Source of the DNA: Rhizaria sp. SCN 62-66
Lineage: Eukaryota
Length of the DNA stretch: 20,000 bases
Reading direction: 5' to 3'
Assembly: GCA_001724265.1 (NCBI GenBank)
Contig: MEDY01000297.1
Span: 50,257-70,256, forward strand
The position numbers and the translations under genes are program-made. Position 1 is the stretch's first letter. Each line of letters begins with the position of its first letter. Below are positions 1 through 10,626 of this stretch, in pieces. Below the pieces are notes generated by a model, which saw only the letters and a program-made list of their open reading frames with translations, searched no databases and was not told where the DNA came from.

Positions 1-3000
1 AGCAGCAGCAGCAGCAGTAGCGGCGACAGCGACAGCGACGAGACCGCTGACAGCGACTCAGACAGCGGAAGCGAGAGTAGCAGCGGCCACAGCGAGGGCG
101 AGAGTGGCAGTGACAGCCGTCGCCGCAGCAAGAAAACCACCACAAAGAAAAGCTCTGGCAACAAGCTTGATTCTCGCAAACGATCCTATAGCAACGATGC
201 GGGGGCTGCTCCACCGCCGCAGCCGCTGCGCCGCGGGCCTGTGGTTCAGTCCTTCCTGGAGGCGGTGCGCCGCGATGGCAGCGCGGTGCAGTGCAAGCTG
301 ACCGTGAGCACGACGCTCGACCTGACTGACCCGGACCAGGCCGCAGCCACCGACAAAAGCAATGGGGATGATGAGGGCAGCATCGTTAGCACTGATAGTG
401 TCAGTGCAGACGAGGCTGATGTTGTTGCTGGAGGCGATTGGCGGCCTATTTGCGTCGCAACAACGAAAGTGAGTGCGACTTCAAAAGACGCATATCCTGA
501 GACTGTCACTAAAACAGAGACTAAGACAAAGACAAAGGTTGTTAGGCCAAAGGATGGCAGCATTGAGCAGCAGCATCAGTGGTGCATGGAGGCTATCCTC
601 GCGCAAAGCGGCTTAACTCCAGCTCTGGATGGCATTACTTCTGCACCGGTTGCAGCTGCAGCCTTCTTTGACTTGCACCCAGTCTCAAACAATAACAGCA
701 TGAACTACAGCAGCATCATCACCGATTGCGAGCTTGACAGTAGAAAGCTTGCTACCAACTTAGATTGCGATAAGTCGAAATATCCTGTCACAGTCACCGT
801 TCCCGGCCAAGCGGATGCCAGTAACACTGCCAATGCTGATCTCACCGCCAAGGCTCGGAGCGATATTGCCGACTTCGCTGCTCGTGCCGCTGCTGTGGCC
901 GCTGCCGACGCCAAAGCAAAGCGGCTTAACTTGCCCGTGCCCCCGATTGCGACTGCAACAGTGCGCGCGCTATTTCTGCGCGGCTCAAGCGCCAACAGCA
1001 GCAAGAGCAAGAACAACAAGAGTGTGAAGAGCGGAAACAGCCGCGTAAACGTCAAAGGCAAAGTCAGCAACAAAGCAAAGAGCAGGGCGATCGATGACGG
1101 CGAGGACAACAGCTGCGACATCATCGGCAACAGCGACGACTTCGACGACAACGATGACGGCTAGAACAACGACTACGAAGACTGCGCTGCGCTCACGGCC
1201 GGGGACCTCGCCACATACGACATCGTGGTTGTATCTTACCAAACCGTTCTCGCCGCACACAAGCTCTGGCTTTCACAGTCACAGTCTTTGCCGTCGCAAC
1301 TGCAGTCTCAACAGCAACAGCAGCAGCAGCCGCCAGCGCTGTTCGGCGCGGCGTGGACGCGCGTGGTGCTCGACGAGGCGCATGTCACGCGCGCGGGCGG
1401 GGCCGTTGCGGACGCCGTGGCGGCGCTGCGAGTGCGGGCGGCCAGGAGCAAAGCTGCCGGTGCCGGCGCCAGTGCGAATCAGCAGACTAAGAGTGTCGCA
1501 ATCAGTGTCGTTGACAATATTGTTGCTGCGACCGTCGCTGCGGCGTACAACAACGCGCGCGGTCACCCAACCGCTCTCATCGCTGCCCGCGGTCACTCCA
1601 CGTCTGCCTTCACAGGTCAGCCGGTGCCGCAGCCTCCGCGCTTGCCGCTGCGGCCCGGCGGGCGGTGGGCGGTGACGGCCACGCCGTACAACAACGGCCT
1701 CGCGGACATGTACTTCCTGCTCGACTTCCTGCGCGTGCCCGTGCTTACGGTCGGCGGCGGCGGGCTCGCGATGGGACAGCTGTACTGCAAGCGCGAGCGG
1801 CAGCAACAACGCCAGCTTGAGAACGAGCGGGAGCGCGCGCAAGCGAGTTCCTCTGCCAAGGCGGGCTGGCTTAAGCACGAGCAGACGAGCGAGAACGACC
1901 GCGTCGCGTTCAAAGGCGGCTATGCGTCAACAGCGAGCAAGGCGATGAGTGCGCCGAAGGCAAAGGCAAGTGACAAGATCGCTCTGGCGTGGCACTTGCT
2001 GACGTCATCGCCCATTCCCGACCGCGGTCTGTCGCAGCTGGCGCAGGAGCACGACTGGGAGAGCGTCACGGAGCACAACTACTTTGCAACGCTCGCGAAG
2101 AACACGCAGATCTCAGCTCAGGGTGCTGATGCGAGCGCGATCTCTGGCGGTTTAACTACCCCCTTAGTGGTCGACGTGCCCGAGCTGCGCAGCGTGCTGA
2201 CAAGGCTCGCCGAGTGCGCCGACTGGGCGGCCGCCGTGGCGCCTGCTTGGCGGCGCGCTGAGCGGCTGCAGCTACAGCAACAGCGGCAACTGCAGCAACG
2301 GAGTGAAAGTGCAAAGAATGCAACTGTTGTTGCGGACAACAGTAGTGGCAGCAGCGCAGCAGCGAACGCCAATGATGGCGTGAGCAGTATCGATGCACTG
2401 ACTGCGAGTCTCAATGCTTTGTCGCTTAAAAAAGACGAGCAACCTCCGCAAAGCAGCAACAGCAACACTGACGGCACCGATGTTAAAGCCACGAATCCCA
2501 TTCCAGCTCTAAGGGCAGTCCCAGCTGCAGCCGTAGCCACAGCAGTCACCGATCTAGTTACAGCTTCACCTACTCTACCCCACTCCGAGGTCGATCGTTT
2601 GCTCTCCAACCACCGACAAGCCACCGCGGCGCAGCTGCGGCCGCTGCCGCCGACGCAGCGCGCCGCCGCCCGCGCCGCTACCGTGCTGGGGGAGTTTTTC
2701 GGCCCCCTGCTTCTGCGTCGCACCAAGGAGAAGGACCTGCAGCGGCCGCCGGCCCGCCTGGTGACCGTGAGCGTGCGCGGCAGCAGAGCGGAGCGCGCGC
2801 TGATGCGCGTAGTCGAGCAGACGTAGTACGAGAACGGCCAGAAGCAGCTGGCGGCGGCGAGCAAAAGCAGGGGCAATACTAAGAGCAACGGCAGCGCTGC
2901 TGGCGGAGTCAGTGTGGGGCTGAGGCTGTCGATGCTGCTGCGTCGCGTGGCAGCGCACCCTTGGCTGGCTCCGAGCGAGGCCATCGAAGGTGTGATGGCG

Positions 3001-4533
3001 GTGATTCGCAAGCACAACAGCAAGAACAAGAAGAGCACTGACACCAATAAGACTCAAATTGATGTTAACCAGGAGAGCAGTGCAAGCCCCGCGACTAAAG
3101 ATGCTGCTACTGTTGATTTGACACTTGACGACTTGACGAAACAGCTTGCTGCACTCTCCGTTAACTCTGTCGAGGCTAAGCCTCCAACTGATGCAGAGAC
3201 TAAGCCTCCCGTAGCGGTTGGTAGCGGCCGCATCCCACGCAAAGCCAAAGAGATCGTGGCAGTGCCTGTACCTGAGCTTCCTCCTGTAGCTGTGGCAACA
3301 GCTGCCACTGCTGCTACTGCTCCACAGAAGAATGTTAACACTTCTTCGAAGACCGGTACAACTACCAGCGCAGGCGCAAACACGTCTCTGTCGCAGTCAG
3401 ACTTGACGTCAGAGTCTCTGTCGCAGTCGCGGTCTACGTCCTCTCTGTGCCTCCCTGCGTTCTCGACCAAGACCCTGTCCCTGCTGCTGCTGCTCCAGTC
3501 CATCGCGCGCCGCGACCGCGGGGCCAAGGTCGTGGTCTTCTCGCACTGGACCGCCGTGCTTACAGCGGTGGAGCAGGCGCTTGCCGTGGGCTACGAGGGC
3601 AGCGAGCAGGCCAGGAGGGTCTTCGGCGTGGGCGCGGGAGACTGTGGGCAGGGTGAGCAGTATAGGGAGCGTGAGCAGGGGAAGTCCGCGCTGACGAGTG
3701 ACTGTGCGCACATGCAGGGGGAATGCGGGCCTGAGTGCGATGATGACTGCAACGGTAGCTGCAACTCTAACTCCAGCAAGACTAACGCTAAGAACTCAAA
3801 GACAAAGACTGGCAAATGCAAGATCTCTAACGATGATAACTTCGTTGAGGACGATATAAGTGGCTTCAGCGACATCGACTACAGTAGTGACAGCGATGAC
3901 GCCGATAACGATGACATTGCCTCCGATACCGTAAGCTCTCGCGCGAGCTCCAGCAAGAAGAAGACTGCACCGAAGGCTACTGCGACCGCCGCCGCGTCGG
4001 CGGCAAAGAAAGAGCAGCAGCAGCGGCGCCAACAGCGGCGGCTGCAACGCCTGCGCTCTCGCATGTGGTTCACAGCCGCATCTGCCACTAGCACAGCGCC
4101 GCTCGACGCAGACAATGACTGCCGAGGCAATAGTGCTACCAACGGAGTGCGTAACGTGTTTCGCATAGACGGCAGCATGAGCAAGGCCGCTGTCGAGCTC
4201 GAGCTCGCCCGCTTTAAGGCCTACAACCACGCCAACCACGCTGACGCGGGCGGAGGCGGCAGCAACAGCTCCGCGGTGCTGCTGGTATCGCTCGCAATGG
4301 CCGGCGTGGGGCTGAACCTGGTCGAGGCCAGCCACGCAGTGCTGCTGGAGCCCGCGTGGAACCCTGCCGCGGAGAAGCAGGCCGTGGACCGGGTCAACCG
4401 CGTCGGCCAACGGCGCGAAGTGACAGTGTGGCAGCTACGGGCCGTGCCCGGGGACCTGGCCGCCGTGGAAAGGCAGGGCGGGAAGCGCGGCGCGGCAGCC
4501 AGGGCAGTCAAGGCGGCGGTGGGGGGGCAGTGA
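1..4533 (+). CDS. SNF2-family helicase-like ATPase, RAD5/RAD16/TTF2-like; 5'-partial; two in-frame TAG codons (1162-1164, 2824-2826) read as sense
   Basis: Frame 1 is open from base 1 to TGA 4531-4533 except for two TAGs; ORFs 241-1164, 1225-2826 and 2914-4533 share one frame. Ordered SNF2 motifs: LATYDIVVVSYQTV, WTRVVLDEAH (II), RWAVTATPYNNGLADMYFLLDFL (III), LLLRRTK, LLRRVAAHPWL, STK...KVVVFSHW, FRIDGSMS, VLLVSLAMAGVGLNLVEAS (V), EPAWNPAAEKQAVDRVNRVGQ (VI). No Walker A is seen, so it presumably lies upstream of the window. Confidence 0.9.
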
Positions 4534-4879
4534 ACGCAGGCAACAGAGCAAAGTGTTGTAGGATCAACACATGACACACTTGCTCGATAAAATTATATTT
4601 AGGGCCAGTAGTATTTAGAAAATAATTGTTTGTATTATCGTCAGATTTGCTGCTCACTTTAGCGCATACGTACTGCGCTTGGAGTGCTGTTTGCATAACT
4701 GTCGCGACGTATGCTTGCTTAAATGTGTTTTTGTATTTCTTGCGTACTTGTGATATACTGACATATATGACATCATATGATACAGCAAAACTAATTAACA
4801 ACTTGAGCACGGCTGTTGCTATCGAATTCTAAGTGTTACATGTCCGGGGTGTACAAATGAATTGCCACTTGTAGCGACG

Positions 4880-7273
4880 TTACACAGCCTTGGTAGCCTT
4901 GTCGAAGTCCGCGGCGGAGACCTTGGAGAGACTGGCGACGGAGCCGAAGAGCCAGCTGGTGAAGTCGGGCACGGTCGCGATGGCCATCTTCTCGTCTGGC
5001 GAGTGGGCGCCCACGACTGTGAGCGTGGACGGAAGAGGAGGCAAAACATACGAAACGTAAACAAAAGAAATGATGAAAAAATGGCACAATTAACACAAAT
5101 AAACGTAGAAAATGTTTTTTTTTTGCATATGAATTAACATTTCGTATTGAAAATAACATCATATTTCATTTTCTTGGTGATTAGATGATCAAGTCAATGC
5201 ATTCGCTAGCGGCACGTACTGAGGGGGCCGATGGAGACGGCGTGGATGTCGGGGTAGACGCTCTTGATGGGTCCGCACTCAAGCCCGGCGTGCACGGAGT
5301 ACACCTGCGGCGCCGGCAGCGCGGGGAAGAGCTCCTTGTGCGATGACAGCACCGAGGCCAGCAGCGGCGACGACATCGCGGGCTCCCACCCGTTGAAGTA
5401 CGCGAAGGGCTTGGAGATCTTGGCGCCGGCCAGCGTGGCAAGCGCGCGGAGGCGGCGCGCAGTCTCGTGCAGCTGGAAGTCGGAGAAGGAGCGGTAGAAG
5501 CAGTGGATCATGAAGTAGTCGCCCTCGGGGTCCGCCTCGTCGGTGGTGCCATGGCGGCTCGCGGCCGCAGCCTCCTCGGCGGCGGCGGCCGCGGCGGCCG
5601 CGGCGGGCGTGGGGGTAAGGAGGACGATGGAGAGCGCGTTGGAGGTGTCGACGTCGCCGGCAACCTCAGGGGAGTAGCGGATCACGCCGTGGGGGATGCT
5701 CTGCACCAGCGCGGCAGCGCGCGCCGTGCACTCGGTCGTCAGCGGGCACAGCAGACCCGCAGACTCGGCCGCAGTAGGAGGCGCAGCGGCGGCGGCAGCG
5801 GCCACGGGCTCGAGCGGCGCGGCAGTAAGCTGCAGCGTCATGCCACAGAGCGCGCGAGCCTTGGCGGGCTCCGACGCGAGGGCCTTGGCCTCCATGCCCG
5901 CGGTCGACTGGGCCCCGTAGAGCCCCGCCGAGGCCTCGCCCAGCTTCGCCTTGGCCTCAGGCAGCAGCGACTCGGTCACAATGCCCGTGAAGAGCGCCGC
6001 CGCGGCCGCGGCCACGGACGCGGCGGCCGCGGCGGGCACCACGAGCGTTGCCGTGGCGTCGCGCGGGATCGCGTTGGGCGCGTTGCCGCCGCTGAAGCTC
6101 GCCAGGCCGAGCCCGTTGCCGCTGGCGCCGCTGCTAACGCTCGCGGTGTAGGCCTCGGTGGCCTCGCCGATGAGGCGGGCCATGACCTGGATGGCGTTGG
6201 CGCGCGCGGAGGCGGCGTCGACGCCGGTGTGGCCGCCCGCGAAGCCCGAGAGCGCGAGCGTAAGCGCGACCGCGTCCGTCTCAGCCGCCGCTGCCGGCAC
6301 CGCGAAGGCGGCCGTGGCGGCGGCCGTGGCGGTGGCGGCCGTGGTGTGCGCGTCGACGGTGACGGCACCGAGCTTGCCGGCGGCGGCGGCGGTCTTATAG
6401 GTGGTAGCGACGCGGGCGAGGGGCATGAAAAGCTTGCTCTCCATGCCGCCCGCGCAGCCGACGCACACGCAGTGGTCCTCTTCGCTGTCGACGTTGAGCA
6501 GCGCCTGCGCGGTGAGGAAGGGCGCGGGCGCAAGGTTGAGCGCGCCGCCCATCGTCGTCTCCTCCTCGACAGTGAAGAGGCACTCGAGGGGGCCGTGGGC
6601 GACCACAGACGCGTCGGCCTCGAGCAGCGCCAGCGCGGCCGCCACGCCGATGCCGTCGTCGGCACCCAGCGTGGTGCCCGCGGCCTGGACCCACTGGCCG
6701 TCGGCCGTCACGTCGGCGAGGATTGGGTCCGTGTCGAAGCAGTGGGTCGAGTCCATGGTCTTGCTAGTCACCATGTCGATGTGGCTCTGCACCGCGATGC
6801 GCACAGACGACTCGAAGCCCGGCGATGCGGGCTTGCGGACAAGGATGTTGCCCGCGGCGTCGACGCTGAAGGGCAGGCTCAGCGCGGTCGCGACCTCCTC
6901 GATCTGGGGCGATGTGAAACAAGCGATAGTGAAGAGAAGAAGCATGAAGTGTTGTTAAGATATGTTTCTGTGATGAAAGAAGCGCTTAAGACTAAGCCTA
7001 TATACTATATTATGAACCTGGTGTGATCTAAAGTGCGCGATCGTGTGCAGCGCTAGATGCAGCATTAGCATAGTTTGCGGTGCGTTTACGTACCTTCTTG
7101 CGCATGGCGTCCTCCTTGTGCGAGGGACGGGGCGTGTCGAAGCAGAGGAACATGTACTTCCACACGTTGTACAGCGGGGTGCCCTCCTGTGCCGCGGGCA
7201 CAATACGCGAGAACACGCCCTGGGAGCGGGCCGTCAGCAGCGAAGACGCGGACAACGCCGGGATAGACGACAT
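4880..7273 (-). CDS. pepD: Aminoacyl-histidine dipeptidase (PepD-like, peptidase M20C); exons 7273-7094, 6903-5220, 5016-4880; ~666 aa
   Basis: Motifs TPRPSHKE, QSHIDMV, TTLGADDGIG, EEETTMGGA, LLNVDSEE, GGHTG and HAGLECG. Splicing restores SIGPLIVGAHSPDE. Both introns are GTACGT...CAG, AT-rich and phase-compatible. Ends in TAA. Confidence 0.9.
5017..5219 (-). other. Spliceosomal intron 2 of pepD-like gene (203 nt, phase 1)
   Basis: GTACGT donor at 5219, CAG acceptor ending at 5017, very T-rich. The join gives ATC (Ile) and links SIGPL to the VGAHSPDE metal-ligand motif. Confidence 0.88.
6904..7093 (-). other. Spliceosomal intron 1 of pepD-like gene (190 nt, phase 0)
   Basis: GTACGT donor at 7093, CCCCAG acceptor ending at 6904, AT-rich; joins RPSHKEDAMRKK to IEEVA in frame. 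Confidence 0.88.
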
Positions 7274-7781
7274 CTAAGAGAGAGCATCGAGAGTGATGGG
7301 GACAGGAGATGAGGTAAGCATTCAAGACACGCCTACAGGTAGATATATAGCAAATCTTGCAGGCGCAATTTTGTGATAGTAACTTTTAGCAGACTTATAA
7401 TCTTGATGTCGCTAGAATATGCGCAGCTACGATCAGAATAGTGAGATTACACCTTGGCAAGTAAGCCGGCGGAGACTCGGCAGATGCGCAGTCGGCGACA
7501 TGATGTCGGACTTGACTTTAAAAACATCTGAAAAGTGTTGCTATACTCCGTTAACAGGGCCAGTGCCGCATTATCATAATTTTTCTTGGGGCTTATATAT
7601 TATACCCGATTTATACTTTCTCCAGATCTCATATAGTGCCTTAGGCAGACCTTGCCGTAGACACTGCCGACAGTCGCAATAACGGGTGTCTGAAGTTCGT
7701 GGTGTGCGCAGGTCGGCGACCATAGTAGCAACCTCAACGCTCGTCTCGTCTTACCGCGTCACTACTTAACGTGTTGGTGAA
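7274..7781. promoter_or_regulatory. Putative bidirectional promoter region between divergent pepD-like and TrmH-like genes
   Basis: ~510 nt AT-richer spacer between head-to-head start codons; contains a near-duplicate TGCGCAG(G)TCGGCGAC (7485-7499, 7705-7720) and more GTCGG/CCGAC words. Function is inferred from position only. Confidence 0.5.
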
Positions 7782-9794
7782 ATGCGCCCGCTGCTGCAGC
7801 CCGGCTCGGCGCTCGCCAAGCGCCTCCGCACCCTCCACAAGGCCAAGGGTCGCCAGGCACAAAGTACGCACGCAAACCAAGCGAAAACGTTCCCTGATGA
7901 TCGATCTAAATCACAACCTCTTGCTGTTACACTGCTTTCATATTATTTACAACATTAACTTGTATTTGCCTGTTCACTCCTGACGTGTCTTCTAACTTTC
8001 ATGACTGCCTACGCATTCTGCTCCGATTGCTGCTCTGTTCTTACGACTGCTGCTGCTGCGTGTTTGCAGGCAGCTTCCTCGTCGAGGGCCGCAAGACCAT
8101 CGAGCACTTTATGTCCCGCCGCGGCGCTCCGCGCACGCTGCTGCTGGGCCAGGAGCAGCTTGCTGTGCTGGCCGCCGCCGCCTTTCCAGAGCACTCGCCC
8201 CCAAGCAGCCATAACTACAACAACGACAACCACCGGGAAAACAGTGCGACTGCGACGAGCGCGAGTGACCGCGCGCCCCCGCCGTCGCTCTCGGCCTCGG
8301 TCTTGGCCGCGTCGGCGCCCGTCAAGCAGCTGTGGCGCGCGGCGCTGCCCGGGGCCGTGGTCGCCTCGAGCCAGGCGCTCGAGCGGTGCTCGCATGCGCA
8401 GACCGCCTCGGGGTTTCTCGCGGAGTTCGCCCTCCTGCCCACGGTCACGCGCGTGTACGCAGTCGCGGGCCGCAGCCACACCAGCAGCAGCAGCGACGAC
8501 GGCTGTGGCCCTAGAGGCGGTGACAGCGAGTACGCCGATGCGAACGACGGCGACGATACCACTGTCAACACCGTGAGCAGCCGGGGCGATGGTGACTTCG
8601 TGCCCACATACGCGCTCCCGTTTCCCCCTCTTGCAGCAGTTTCTCCTGTCAACAATTGCGAAACCAAACTCAAGCTCGACAAGAGCTCTCAGGACGTTAT
8701 CCCAGTCCCCACCGACCCCACCACAGCGACATCCACAGCAGACGCAGCGTCGCCGCCGCCGCGGTGGGACTGGGCGGCGGGCGGGCTCGTGCTAGCGGGT
8801 GTGGCGGACCCCGGCAACGCGGGCACGCTTATCCGCACCGCGGTTGCGCTGGGCAGGCCACAGGTACGCCAGCGAAGACGCACACACACACACACACAAT
8901 ATCCCGCACTGTCATGTCACTGTACTTAATTTGTTTCTGTTTTTGCCTCTCGTACGAGCCATCGTCTTATTTTGATTGCGTTTTCTCGTTGCTCATATTG
9001 ATCTCATTGTGATCTGTTCCTGCTGCCATCGCCTTCATATGTTCCCATCTGTTCTCATGTGTTCTCTCGCGCGTGTGCCCGTGCAGGTGCTGCTGCTGGA
9101 CTGCGTGGACGTCTACAACAGCAAGGTCGTTCAGTCCACTGTGGGCGCCCTCGCCGACGCCGTCGTCGTCGAAGGCAGTGTAAAGGGCTTCGTGGGGTAC
9201 TTAGACGGCCTCAGTCGCGGGAACAAGAACAGCAGCGAAGACAACACTCTGCAAAGCGGCGAGAGTGAAAACGCCGACTCAGCGATGACCGATGCTGAGC
9301 AGCCCAGAGCTGCCTGTGCTGGCGCTGGCGAGCGCGTGCGTGCCCCGCTCGCGCCCTATGTGGTTTCGCTGGTGCCCGACGCCGCGGTCGACCTCACCGC
9401 GCTGCCCCCCGTGCTCGCCGCACACCACAGCGCACGCAACAGCGCACGCAACAGCGCCGGCGACAGCGTAGGCAACGGCAGTCGCGAGAGCGAGCGCAGC
9501 GCGGCGGTGCGGCGGCCGTGGGTTGTGGTGGGGTCCGAGGCGCACGGCGTGCCGCTGGCGCTGCAGCGCGCGGGCACGGCGTGTGCACGCATCACCATGG
9601 CCAGCCCGGACTCGCACCACAACGGCGCGCCTGCCGCTGCCACTGCCACTGGCACCGCGAGTGCGAGTCTGAATGCGACTGGCCTCGGTCTGGCGGGGGC
9701 GGTGGGCTCGCTCAACGCGTCAGTGGCCGGGGCCATCGCCTGCTACATCGTCGCGCGGGCCGAGGCGGGCCACGCGGGCGCGCGCGTCGTGTGA
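7782..9794 (+). CDS. SpoU/TrmH-family (SPOUT) RNA 2'-O-ribose methyltransferase; exons 7782-7863, 8070-8863, 9087-9794; ~527 aa
   Basis: N-terminal KRLRTLHKAKGRQAQSSFLVEGRK; SpoU motif 1 VADPGNAGTLIRTAVALG; DVYNSKVVQSTVGA; motif 2 VVVGSEAHGV; motif 3 SLNASVAGAIACY. Two phase-compatible GTACGC...GCAG introns. Ends in TGA. Confidence 0.88.
7864..8069 (+). other. Spliceosomal intron 1 of TrmH-like gene (206 nt, phase 1)
   Basis: GTACGC donor, TTTGCAG acceptor, AT/pyrimidine-rich; the join restores the frame into SFLVEG. Confidence 0.85.
8864..9086 (+). other. Spliceosomal intron 2 of TrmH-like gene (223 nt, phase 0)
   Basis: GTACGC donor, GTGCAG acceptor, T-rich; joins ALGRPQ to VLLLDCVDVYNSK. 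Confidence 0.87.
8881..8898. repeat. (CA)9 microsatellite inside an intron
   Basis: cacacacacacacacaca read directly from the sequence. Confidence 0.9.
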
Positions 9795-10626
9795 TGCTCG
9801 CGCGGATGGAGCGGAACTATTCGCTAAGATCATTAGTCACATGGTATTGCAAATGTCTATGAAGCGAGTTGTCATTAGCACGGATGTGCACGCCTCGTTG
9901 GCACGAATGGCGCTCAAATGCGGCGACGGTGAGACTGTGGAGGAAGTGAATGTTGCGGGTATTTATTCAGATGAAGATTTTCGTGATGCTAGTCTTTGTG
10001 CTAGAAGATTCAAAACGACGATTTACCCATCTTAAGAGGTCATCGTTCATCAAATATTTTTGACTCACCTCACTTAATTCCTGTACGTAGTACGTACAGT
10101 ACATACAATTTTCAATGTTTACATGACTTGCCTACAGGCAACCACTGCTCACCTAAGCTTCATTCACTCGAGTAAACTCGATCCAGGATATTTATCCAAA
10201 TCTAGCCATGTCGCTCCTCATTTTGTGAATTGATAACATAACTGCACCATTTGATTGTGTGATGTAGGACAAAGGAACACACGGGAGCGAGACAATTAGC
10301 TTAAAAGGATTACTACCAGTGTGTGCGAGCCACAGCAGCCCTGTCTGTATCGGGTGTCTCTGTTGAACATCGTGTATCTTTCGCTTCTAATCGTCAAATG
10401 GGAAATAAATATTGGAAGTTGATTTTAGCCGCTAATTTGATACTGTTTTGTTTTTATATCAAACGAAAAACTGCCTCTCTGGTCTAAAAATCTCGCACTG
10501 CAATCCACTCACTCACCGTCCGTCTCGAGCTATCTTCTCCCGCGCTCTATACCACTATCATATCGCTTTGCATTTCTTTTAAATCGTGGTTTTTGGTGTA
10601 TTCCTGTGTGGATTTCTGCAGACTAT

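Noticed and set aside
5467-7026. Long antisense or alternative-frame ORFs (e.g. 5467-7026 +, 2118-3047 -, 11852-12991 +, 12127-13137 -, 17794-18828 +)
   Set aside because: Shadows of GC3-rich genes; Arg/Gly/Pro-rich translations with no recognisable motifs.
9795-10626. tRNA (e.g. a CUA-anticodon tRNA) or other ncRNA in the intergenic spacers
   Set aside because: No cloverleaf or A/B-box pattern recognised by eye; a covariance-model scan would be needed to exclude one.
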